A stretch of DNA of 64,000 nt from Nitrosopumilus sp. (GTDB lineage Archaea > Thermoproteota > Nitrososphaeria > Nitrososphaerales > Nitrosopumilaceae): contig OZ242041.1 of assembly GCA_965205215.1 (NCBI GenBank), forward strand, positions 448,001-512,000, in the 5' to 3' direction. The notes beneath the pieces were generated by a model. It saw nothing but the letters and a program-made list of their open reading frames with translations, was not told where the DNA came from and did not search any database. This document shows positions 56,240-64,000 of the stretch, in pieces. How positions within the stretch are numbered: the stretch's first letter is position 1; each line of letters opens with the position of its first letter. Position numbers and translations under genes: made by a program.

Positions 56240-57064
56240 TTGACTTTTGAGAAGGGGTCGCTGATTCTAGTAGAATATACGATGCGCGCCAAGGACAGCG
56301 ACGCCGTCATCGAGACTACCAGCGAGGAGGACGCCAAGGCCGGTTCGATACACGATCCCGACGTTCTGTACGTGCCCCGGCTCGTCTCTGTCGGGGAGGC
56401 CAACTATCCGGTCCTCAAGGGCTTTGCTGAGGGACTCGGGGAGATGTCGGTGGGAGAGAGCAGGGCCATAGAGGTCGGGCCAGAGAAGGCGTGGGGCGTG
56501 CGCGATCCGAAACAGGTGCGCACGTATCCGCAGCGGAAGCTCGGCAAGGACGCCGACCACTACTCGGCGGGGGATCGCGTGCTTATTGACGACAAGCCGG
56601 GCATAATCAGGTTCATGAGCTCCGGCAGGGTGCAGATTGACTTTAACCACGTGCACGCCGGCAAGACCCTTGTGTATGACGCGACCGTCAAGGCGCTGCT
56701 TGACAAGCCGGATGACATCATACGCAGCATACTGCTGGCCAGACTGAGCATCAAAGAACCGGAATTTGCGACGGATGCAGGCGTCCTCTCGATCACGCTC
56801 GCGGGGGACATACTGGAGTCCATGGAACTGCCCGCCGCAAAGCGCAGGATCGCGCGCGACATATTCAAGTTCGTGCCTGATCTGGACTCTGTGCGGTTCG
56901 TTGAGAGCTTTGAGAACAAGGCAAAGGCGCCGCCGCAACAACAGCCGGATACTCCGGCAGCCGACGACGCTGCCAGTGGTGATACTGCCAATGATGATGA
57001 TAGTACTGCTGCCGCCGCCACCACGGACACCAACGCCGACTCTGGTGACGGCAGGACTGCCTAG
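56240..57064 (+). CDS. Long-type archaeal FKBP peptidyl-prolyl isomerase (SlyD-like)
   Basis: ILVEYT...IETT, PEKAWG.RDP, IDFNH..AGKTL.Y. Confidence 0.88.
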   Translation: MTFEKGSLILVEYTMRAKDSDAVIETTSEEDAKAGSIHDPDVLYVPRLVSVGEANYPVLKGFAEGLGEMSVGESRAIEVGPEKAWGVRDPKQVRTYPQRKLGKDADHYSAGDRVLIDDKPGIIRFMSSGRVQIDFNHVHAGKTLVYDATVKALLDKPDDIIRSILLARLSIKEPEFATDAGVLSITLAGDILESMELPAAKRRIARDIFKFVPDLDSVRFVESFENKAKAPPQQQPDTPAADDAASGDTANDDDSTAAAATTDTNADSGDGRTA

Positions 57065-57138
57065 CCGCATTACGTGCCGCCTGCGTCCCCTTGGATGCCC
57101 CATTTTGACATAAATACAGAGGTCGCTTCCGTACTACA

Positions 57139-58272
57139 ATGACGGGCAATATGCATACTATGGAGCTGCCGCGCCTCATAGAGATAGGAGAGAAGAACCT
57201 GGACGGGTTTGGGCGTTTTCTTTGCTCGCTGGCAGGCGGCGTAGGTTACGGCAGCAGCAGCAGTAGCAGCAGCGCCGGCAGCAACACAGGCGACAACACC
57301 GGCAGCCCCGCCGCGAAAAGGCCCGACGGCATATCCCTGGTGTCCGGCTCCAACGTGCGGCGCATCATCAGAAAGACAGTCGAGGGGTCACTCGAGTCTG
57401 CCGGCATCGCATACGTGTGGCACAAGGCGGGCAAGAACAGCCCCGACTCGCTTGACCGCGTACGGGCCGAGATCGAGGAGGACGACACCGAGATGGTAGC
57501 CGGGATAGGAGGCGGAAGGTCTGTTGACACCGCCAAGATGATCTCGTTTGGCATGCGGAGGCCGTTTGTCAGCGTGCCCACCGCCGCGTCCCACGACGGA
57601 ATGGCAAGCCCGTTTGTCTCCATCAAGAGCGACAGGCCGCACTCGATAGTGGCATCCGCGCCGCTGGGGGTCTTTGTGGACATCAGCATAATCAAGAGCG
57701 CCCCGCCCGGGCTGCTTGCAAGCGGCTGCGGCGATCTGATCGCCAACATCATCGCGGTCCGGGACTGGCAGCTCGGGCACAGGCGCACCGACGAGTACTA
57801 TGGGAGGTATGCGGCCGACCTGGCCACTATGAGCGCAATGATGGTAATCGAGAACTCGGCCGAGTTTGCAGAGAAGGGCACGGACGCCAGGCTGATCGTC
57901 GAGGGGCTGATCAGCGCCGGGGTCGCGTCATGCATAGCCGGCAGCAGCAGGCCCTGCTCCGGCTCCGAGCACCTGTTCTCCCACGCGCTCGACGCGATAG
58001 CCCCCGGTATAGGACTGCACGGCGAAAAGTGCGGGATCGGCTCGATAATGATGGCAAAGCTGCACGGGCAGGACTGGCGCAGGATTGCAAGGGCCCTGAG
58101 GGACGTGGGGGCCCCCACGACTGCAGAGCAGGTGGGGCTTGACGCGGACCACATAGTAAGGGCGCTCTGCATGGCGCAGGGGCTCAGGCCGGAGCGCTAT
58201 ACCATACTGTCCGAGTCGGAGATGACCCCGAGAAAGGCGCTGAGCCTGGCAAAGAGCACCGGAGTCGTATGA
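57139..58272 (+). CDS. egsA: sn-glycerol-1-phosphate dehydrogenase
   Basis: GIGGGRSVDTAK, PTAASHDG, SGCGD, GSSRPCSGSEHLFSHALD, HGEKCG, RPERYTIL. Confidence 0.95.
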   Translation: MTGNMHTMELPRLIEIGEKNLDGFGRFLCSLAGGVGYGSSSSSSSAGSNTGDNTGSPAAKRPDGISLVSGSNVRRIIRKTVEGSLESAGIAYVWHKAGKNSPDSLDRVRAEIEEDDTEMVAGIGGGRSVDTAKMISFGMRRPFVSVPTAASHDGMASPFVSIKSDRPHSIVASAPLGVFVDISIIKSAPPGLLASGCGDLIANIIAVRDWQLGHRRTDEYYGRYAADLATMSAMMVIENSAEFAEKGTDARLIVEGLISAGVASCIAGSSRPCSGSEHLFSHALDAIAPGIGLHGEKCGIGSIMMAKLHGQDWRRIARALRDVGAPTTAEQVGLDADHIVRALCMAQGLRPERYTILSESEMTPRKALSLAKSTGVV

Positions 58273-58505
58273 GCCGGCGCCGGCGTAGCGATCCGGCCGC
58301 TGCGGAATCAGGCACGGGTCCGCGCAAGCCCCCGCCTGCCGCGGGCGCGTGCATGCGGGGCCGGGCGGGCTCTGTCAAATCGGTGACCTGAGGTGCATTA
58401 ACCCAAGCTTTATTTGGAATCTGACACATATGAAAGCCATGGGCATGCACCTGCATTGTATGTAAGCAAACGGGGTTATGGTTTACGGGTACGCGTAGGT
58501 TGAGG

Positions 58506-59033
58506 ATGAGATGGGTTGACCGGTTCATAATAACCGCGATAGTTCAAGGGGCGGTGATTACCGGGATGGCCCTGGCCATTGTCGGGGTGCAGATGGCATA
58601 CGCCAACGTGAATATAATCCAGCACCTGTCACTGTCATTTGAGGGGGCCGCCAAGTGGTTCTTTCTGGGGATAGTGTTTCACTTGATCGTCATAGTTGCA
58701 ATAGCAGTCACCGCGCTGTTTTACAGCCACTTGGAGATCACCCTCAAGAAAAAGTTCTCACGCGCGTCAAATACACTGGCCGCCATACACCTAATCGGGA
58801 TGAACGTCGGCGGCGCCGGGGCCATGATGATCATGACGTTTGCGGGCCTTGCAGGAAGCGGGCTGCTGGATGTGTTTGCCACGGGGAAGCCAGGCCCACA
58901 GTCCCCCGCAATCATGGATTCGTTTGTAGAGCCAATCGGCGGGTTTGTCGCACTTTTGGCAGTAGGCGTCATGTGTGGTGGCTTTTGCTTCATGCTGGCA
59001 TATAGGAGCAGTCCGGAAGGGGCGGCATCCTAG
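58506..59033 (+). CDS. Hypothetical four-TM membrane protein
   Basis: Four hydrophobic helices with His residues; visibly lower GC than neighbours. Confidence 0.7.
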   Translation: MRWVDRFIITAIVQGAVITGMALAIVGVQMAYANVNIIQHLSLSFEGAAKWFFLGIVFHLIVIVAIAVTALFYSHLEITLKKKFSRASNTLAAIHLIGMNVGGAGAMMIMTFAGLAGSGLLDVFATGKPGPQSPAIMDSFVEPIGGFVALLAVGVMCGGFCFMLAYRSSPEGAAS

Positions 59034-59273
59034 CGCCCCGGGTTGGCGGCGCCGGATACGGATCCAACGCGGTGGCGATCTGTCCTAAAGTGTCGATGGG
59101 ATGCATTACTGCACTGTCTTGCCCGGCAAGCAGTCCCGCCTTTAATACGTGCCTGTGTATGATCATATCAAACGTCGACAGTGTAGGCAGTTCCGCCTAG
59201 GGGCGCATTTCCGTCTGCTGGCTTGGCGCATAGTTATTTAAAAGGCCAAAACGTGCATGAGACAGGTGCTTTT

Positions 59274-59915
59274 TTGTCAAGGGCCAACATTGAAAACAAG
59301 ATACTGCATGGTACCACCACCGTGGGCATTAGGGCCAGTGACGGGGTGGTGCTCTGCGCAGACATGAGGGCCTCGGCAGGCTATTTCATTGCCAACAACA
59401 ACACCATGAAGATCCAAAAGATAGACGACCACGCCGGGCTGACCCTTGCCGGCGGCGTGGCCGACGCCCAGAACATAGTGGACGTACTGAGGTACCACGC
59501 CGGGCTGCACAGGGTGGAGAGGGACGGCGCCCCCATAGGGATAAACTCGCTTGCCCGCCTCTGCTCGCTGATATTCCACCAGAACCGCGGCTATCCGTTC
59601 ATCGCGGACATACTGGTGGGCGGATACGACGACTCGGAGGGGCCGGCGCTCTTCAACATAGACATGTTCGGCTCCGTCGAGCCAAAGCCGTACGTTACGA
59701 CGGGCAGCGGATCGCCGGTCGCGTACGGGCTGCTGGAGGACGAGTATTCGCCGGACATTACGGTATCGGAAGCCAAGACGATCGCCCTCAGGGCGGTCAG
59801 GGCCGCGATAGTGAGAAACATCGGGACTGGCGACGGAATCAACTTGGCCGTGATGGACAGCGGCGGGTTCCGGCTCCTGACCGACGAGCAGAAGAAGGCA
59901 GTAATCAAACTCTAG
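59274..59915 (+). CDS. psmB: Proteasome beta subunit
   Basis: HG|TTTVG propeptide cleavage site, ADMRAS, GGVADAQ, TGSGSPVAYG; TTG start inferred. Confidence 0.95.
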   Translation: MSRANIENKILHGTTTVGIRASDGVVLCADMRASAGYFIANNNTMKIQKIDDHAGLTLAGGVADAQNIVDVLRYHAGLHRVERDGAPIGINSLARLCSLIFHQNRGYPFIADILVGGYDDSEGPALFNIDMFGSVEPKPYVTTGSGSPVAYGLLEDEYSPDITVSEAKTIALRAVRAAIVRNIGTGDGINLAVMDSGGFRLLTDEQKKAVIKL

Positions 59916-59922
59916 TGATATA

Positions 59923-61869
59923 ATGCAAAGAAGGCAACAGTCACCACCCAGGGAACCGCCCCCGAGCAGCCAGAGCATCATGGCGACCATACTGCAGAGC
60001 ATACCCAAGGATGCGAACGTCACGAAGATCGAGTACGAGGGGCCGCGCATCGCGCTGTATACCAACACGCCGCGGTTCCTGATGGAGAACAGCGAGCGCA
60101 TCTCGAGGCTGGTCAACATCATAAAGAAGCGCATCGTAATCAGGACCACGGACTCTATACGCAAGCCCGAGGACGAGGCCCGCAAGATGATAGCCAAGTG
60201 CGTCCCGGAGGAGGCCGGGCTCCAGGGTACCATATTTGACACCGCCACAGGCGAGGTCTCCATAGAGGCAAAGCGCCCCTGGCTCCTGCAGCGCAACGCA
60301 AAGGAGTTTGACCACACGGACGTGACCGAGAAGATCGGGTGGCGGCTGCGCATACGCAAGTCCACCACGATACAGTCGCGCACGGTGCAGATGATAAACG
60401 CCACGCTAAAGCAGTCGTCGGCCGAGCGTAGCAGGCAGCTAAAGCAGGTCGGCGACGAGATATTCAGGCCCCGCCTCTCGCAGCGCACCGAGGTCACGCT
60501 GCACACGCTCGGCGGCTTCGGGCAGGTGGGGCGCTCCTGCATGCTTTTGTCCACGCCGGAGAGCAAGATACTGCTTGACTGCGGGATCAACCCCGGCGCC
60601 CGCTCGCCGATGGACGCGTACCCGAGGCTCGACTCGCTTGCCATGACCCTCGCCGACCTGGACGCGGTGGTGATCGGGCACGCCCACCTAGACCACACGG
60701 GATTCCTGCCCGTGCTGTGCAAGTACGGGTACAGGGGCCCCATATACTGCACCGAGCCCACCCTGCCCATGATGAACCTGATACAGCTTGACGCAATCAA
60801 GGTGGCGGCGGCGCAGGGGCGCCTGCCGATATACTCCGAGCGCGACGTAAAGCAGGTCATGCGGCAGGCAATCACGCTCCCGTACGGGACCGTCACCGAC
60901 ATCTCGCCGGACATCAAGCTGGTCCTTGCAAACGCGGGGCACATACTCGGGTCGGCCCTGTGCCACTTCCACATAGGGAACGGCGAGCACAACTTTGTGT
61001 ACTCCGGCGACCTAAAGTTCGGCAAGTCCATACTGTTCGAGGCGGCCGACTACCGGTTCCCGCGCGCCGAGACCCTGCTGATAGAGAGCACGTACGGCCT
61101 GCGCGAGGACGTGCAGCCCAGCAGGCAGGAGGTCGAGTCCGCGTTCATCAACGCCGTGAACCACACACTTGCCGACGGGGGCAAGGTGCTCATACCGATA
61201 CCGGCCGTGGGGCGCGCCCAGGAGATCATGATGGTGATAGACCACTACATGAAGTCCGGCGAGATGGTAGAGGCGCCCGTGTTCACGGAGGGGATGATAT
61301 CCGAGGCGTCTGCGATACACGAGTCGTACCCCGAGTACCTGGCGCGCGAGCTAAAGCAGAAGATACTGGAGACTGACGACAACCCGTTTGACTCGGAGTA
61401 CTTTACCAACATAGAGCACGCCGACGACAGGGACGAGCCGCTCCGCGAGGACTCGCCGTGCATCATACTCGCCACGTCGGGAATGCTCGAGGGCGGGCCC
61501 GTGCTCGAGTACTTTAGGAACATAGCGCCGGGCAAGAACAACAAGATGCTCTTCGTGTCCTACCAGGTCAACGGCACAATGGGCCGCCGCGTCCTTGACG
61601 GCTCGAGGCAGGTTACGATGGTGGGCAGGGGCGGCAAGGTCGAGGTGGTCAACATCGACTGCAGCGTCGAGAAGCTTGACGGGTTCAGCGGGCACAGCGA
61701 CTACAACCAGCTGATGGCGTTCGTGCAGCGCCTGCGGCCCAAGCTGAGGAGGGTGCTTGTAAACCACGGCGAGCGCAAAAAGTCCGAGAACCTGGCAACC
61801 AGCATACGCCGCAGCTTTAGGCTGCCCGCGCACAACCCGCAGATACAAGAGTCGATCAGGCTATTTTAG
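59923..61869 (+). CDS. beta-CASP ribonuclease aCPSF1 (FttA)
   Basis: N-terminal KH region (YEGP), GGFGQVGRS, HAHLDH, AGHILGS, AVGRAQE, TSGMLEGG, GFSGHSD, NHGE. Confidence 0.96.
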   Translation: MQRRQQSPPREPPPSSQSIMATILQSIPKDANVTKIEYEGPRIALYTNTPRFLMENSERISRLVNIIKKRIVIRTTDSIRKPEDEARKMIAKCVPEEAGLQGTIFDTATGEVSIEAKRPWLLQRNAKEFDHTDVTEKIGWRLRIRKSTTIQSRTVQMINATLKQSSAERSRQLKQVGDEIFRPRLSQRTEVTLHTLGGFGQVGRSCMLLSTPESKILLDCGINPGARSPMDAYPRLDSLAMTLADLDAVVIGHAHLDHTGFLPVLCKYGYRGPIYCTEPTLPMMNLIQLDAIKVAAAQGRLPIYSERDVKQVMRQAITLPYGTVTDISPDIKLVLANAGHILGSALCHFHIGNGEHNFVYSGDLKFGKSILFEAADYRFPRAETLLIESTYGLREDVQPSRQEVESAFINAVNHTLADGGKVLIPIPAVGRAQEIMMVIDHYMKSGEMVEAPVFTEGMISEASAIHESYPEYLARELKQKILETDDNPFDSEYFTNIEHADDRDEPLREDSPCIILATSGMLEGGPVLEYFRNIAPGKNNKMLFVSYQVNGTMGRRVLDGSRQVTMVGRGGKVEVVNIDCSVEKLDGFSGHSDYNQLMAFVQRLRPKLRRVLVNHGERKKSENLATSIRRSFRLPAHNPQIQESIRLF

Positions 61870-62148
61870 GTCGTACTCGGGCTTCCAGATCTTTATGCCG
61901 GCCGGCGCCACTATGATGCGCTCCTCGCCCAGCCTTGCAATGTCGGCCCCGGCCGCCTTTGCCACGGCGTACAGCTCCTCGACGGTGCCCCGCAGCTGCG
62001 CCACGTCCTTTTGCGCCAGCGGCGTGACGCGCAGTATCAGTATCATGTCCCTCTTGATGTCCTCCTTGATGCCGTGTATGTCGCTTGGGTCCCTTATGGT
62101 CATCGCCTTGAGGTACGTGGGGCTGTCATGCTTTTGCACACTCTTCAA
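61861..62148 (-). CDS. sepF: Cell division protein SepF-like
   Basis: IKEDI....ILILRVTPL......L...VEEL......GADIARLGEERIIVAP.GIKI. Confidence 0.8.
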   Translation of the reverse strand: MKSVQKHDSPTYLKAMTIRDPSDIHGIKEDIKRDMILILRVTPLAQKDVAQLRGTVEELYAVAKAAGADIARLGEERIIVAPAGIKIWKPEYDLK

Positions 62149-62218
62149 TTACATCCTCTCACTCAAAAACTTTCTTTATATGCAAAGCTGTGCATGCCGT
62201 ACCTGCCTGCCTGACGCG

Positions 62219-63391
62219 TTATTTAATCCTGAACCTGGCGTATGACTCGTCTGCCGCCGGTTCCGCGTGTACGACGCGCTCTGCGGCCGCGTCATCGTCG
62301 CCGTCTTCCCTGCCCCCGCCGCGCACCCTCCTGACGGTCACGGCCCACTTCGCGTCCTGGCCCTTTGGCGCGTCAGAGTACCGCAGCGTGATTGACGCGG
62401 CAAGCGATACGTGGTAGTCAGTTATTGCGCCGCCGCCCGAGTCGCCGCGTATGACCGACACGGGCCCCATGTGATCCCTTGCCTCCAGGAGCACGTCGCC
62501 GGGCAGCGCCAGCGCGGATATGACCCCGTTCTCGTCCTTGTTGCGGCCAGTCACAATCTTTGTCATCTCGTCGAACCTAAAGTGCCTGCCGACCTTTAGC
62601 AGGTCGATGTCGTTTATGGTCGGCGTCTCCGTGTGGTCGAACAGGTCCCTAGTCTTGCGGCCAAACTGCGGGTCGGTCAGCAGGCACCCCCCGCCGGCGT
62701 TGGGGGGATCCTCTATCGCGTACTGCTCGGCCATCCTCAGCTGGGCCCTTCTAGTGCGGCCCCTTATCGTTCCCATGTCCTCGCGCCTTATGAGGCCGTC
62801 CCTCTCAGGATCGGTCGCGGGAAGCAGCGCGGCCGAGAGGGGCCTCACGATCTTGCCCTCCAGACGCGACTCCTTCTCTATCGTCCTTAGCGCGGGGCCA
62901 TGCTGGCTCATGGGCCTCTGGCCCAGGACCTCCCCCGATATCACGAACTCGGCGCCGATCTCCTCCATGCGCTTTTTTGCGGCCCCGAACATCATTGCGC
63001 GGCAGTCTATGCACGGGTTGAACCCCGCGCCCCTGCCGTACTTGGGGTTCTTTAGCATCTCGACGTACTCGTCGCCCAGGTATACGGTCTTGAGGTCCAC
63101 GTTGAGGTCGTCGGCCCTCTCCCTGATCTCAAAGCCGCACCCCCTGCCGCAGTCAAAGTCGCAAAAGGGCGTCTTGATGGCCACGGCCGAGACCTCAAAG
63201 CCCCGCTCCTGCATCATCCTGACTGCCAGCTGGCTGTCAAGGCCCCCCGAGAGCAGGGCTACCACCTTCTTCTTCTCCTCCCCCTTCTCCCGCGCATTCT
63301 CACTCCTGCTCTCTCCTGCGCCCGGCTCATATGCCGTGGGGCCCGCGCCGTTGCCGCCGCCCTCGCGCCCTGCCGCCATCATATCTGACAT
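62219..63391 (-). CDS. ThiI/MnmA-like PP-loop tRNA sulfurtransferase-related protein
   Basis: LLSGGLDS PP-loop, NPCIDCR, GEVLGQRPMSQ, GGCLLTD, GRHFR. Confidence 0.88.
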   Translation of the reverse strand: MSDMMAAGREGGGNGAGPTAYEPGAGESRSENAREKGEEKKKVVALLSGGLDSQLAVRMMQERGFEVSAVAIKTPFCDFDCGRGCGFEIRERADDLNVDLKTVYLGDEYVEMLKNPKYGRGAGFNPCIDCRAMMFGAAKKRMEEIGAEFVISGEVLGQRPMSQHGPALRTIEKESRLEGKIVRPLSAALLPATDPERDGLIRREDMGTIRGRTRRAQLRMAEQYAIEDPPNAGGGCLLTDPQFGRKTRDLFDHTETPTINDIDLLKVGRHFRFDEMTKIVTGRNKDENGVISALALPGDVLLEARDHMGPVSVIRGDSGGGAITDYHVSLAASITLRYSDAPKGQDAKWAVTVRRVRGGGREDGDDDAAAERVVHAEPAADESYARFRIK

Positions 63392-63493
63392 GTATGCGCG
63401 ACATACAGGCCCCTTATACAGACTTTGGTTTTCCATAGTCCGGCTGCGCCCTGCCATCTCAAGGTTAATACGGTTTGGTATCTGCGCCCCCGT

Positions 63494-64000
63494 GTGGGCG
63501 CAAGGTACGGGTCACTCCTGAGGAGTGCCGGCAGGATGAAGTTTGACACGCTGATTGCGTTTAGGCCCGAGAACATATCCTACATGACGGGCTTTTGGGG
63601 GGAGGCCGCGGCCGTACTGCAGAGGGGGCAGAAGCCCGTCATCGTGTCCCCCGAGCTGGAGGCGGCCAGGGCCGAGTCCGAGTCCGGCGGCTGCGAGGTC
63701 GTGGTGGCCGAGCGCGGCATGCGCGGGATTGCGTCGACCGCGGCAAGGGTGGCAAGGGCCGGACGCCGGGACGGCGCCGGCGCCGGCGCCGGCGGCACGT
63801 GCACCGACTGCAGGGACTACCAAACCATGACGTACCTGAAGAGGGCGGTCCCGAAGATCGTACAGACCGAGGAGCCGTTTGACGCGTCCCGGATGGTAAA
63901 GGACCCGTCTGAGATTGCGGTCCTGAGAAAAGCCTCCCGGATCATAGACTGCCTGTTTGAGGTATGCTCGCAGAAGATGAGGGCGGGGCAGCGCGAGTCC
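63494..64000 (+). CDS. Xaa-Pro aminopeptidase (M24 family), 5' part
   Basis: PENISYMTGFWG creatinase-N motif; RMVKDPSEI..LRKA; runs off the window. Confidence 0.85.
   Translation, partial: MGARYGSLLRSAGRMKFDTLIAFRPENISYMTGFWGEAAAVLQRGQKPVIVSPELEAARAESESGGCEVVVAERGMRGIASTAARVARAGRRDGAGAGAGGTCTDCRDYQTMTYLKRAVPKIVQTEEPFDASRMVKDPSEIAVLRKASRIIDCLFEVCSQKMRAGQRES

Noticed and set aside
59277-61031. Long antisense ORFs (e.g. 584 aa here, 410 aa at 40375-41607, 327 aa at 8211-9194)
   Set aside because: Shadow ORFs opposite well-supported genes, expected from high GC and codon bias; no motifs.
61861-61869. Overlapping convergent stops of aCPSF1 and sepF
   Set aside because: Short 3' overlaps are common in compact archaeal genomes.
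1-64000. CRISPR array, rRNA, prophage or integrase at the tRNAs
   Set aside because: No regularly spaced repeats, rRNA-like sequence, capsid or integrase motifs, or tRNA 3'-end duplications were seen.

Overview
High-GC archaeal chromosome segment. Gene content and protein sequences point to an ammonia-oxidising archaeon (Nitrososphaerota/Thaumarchaeota, Nitrosopumilaceae), and the high GC and expanded periplasmic-binding-protein family suggest a Cenarchaeum-like, possibly host-associated lineage (inference). Most of the window is conserved housekeeping: tRNA-Pro, thpR, cca, rnz, prs, kamA-like, glnA, rpoL-tfs-PCNA, aspartate kinase, cobJ, tyrS, bluB, nadM, egsA, psmB, aCPSF1, sepF, tRNA-Val and an intron-containing tRNA-Arg. 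The main accessory region is ~31.4-39.8 kb. It carries a PAS-PAS histidine kinase and a stand-alone receiver protein, transcribed divergently from a tandemly duplicated MFS transporter. The transporter's ~140-aa cytoplasmic tail begins with a HisKA/DHp-like H-box in which the phospho-His is replaced by Gln, so it may be a transporter-pseudokinase 'transceptor'. The duplication is scarred by an IS66-like remnant, IS6-like end motifs and a truncated secreted-protein gene. A parallel arrangement sits at 5-7 kb: an FNT channel with extra C-terminal helices, divergent from a PAS-PAS-only protein paralogous to the kinase sensor. Other oddities are an SF2 helicase with a PKD-like domain inserted between its motor domains, catalytic-motif substitutions in AroC and aspartate kinase, two binding-protein paralogs that both end in -CR, microproteins missed by the ORF track, and pervasive low-complexity loop insertions in housekeeping enzymes. 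All assignments were made by eye from motifs; no searches were run.
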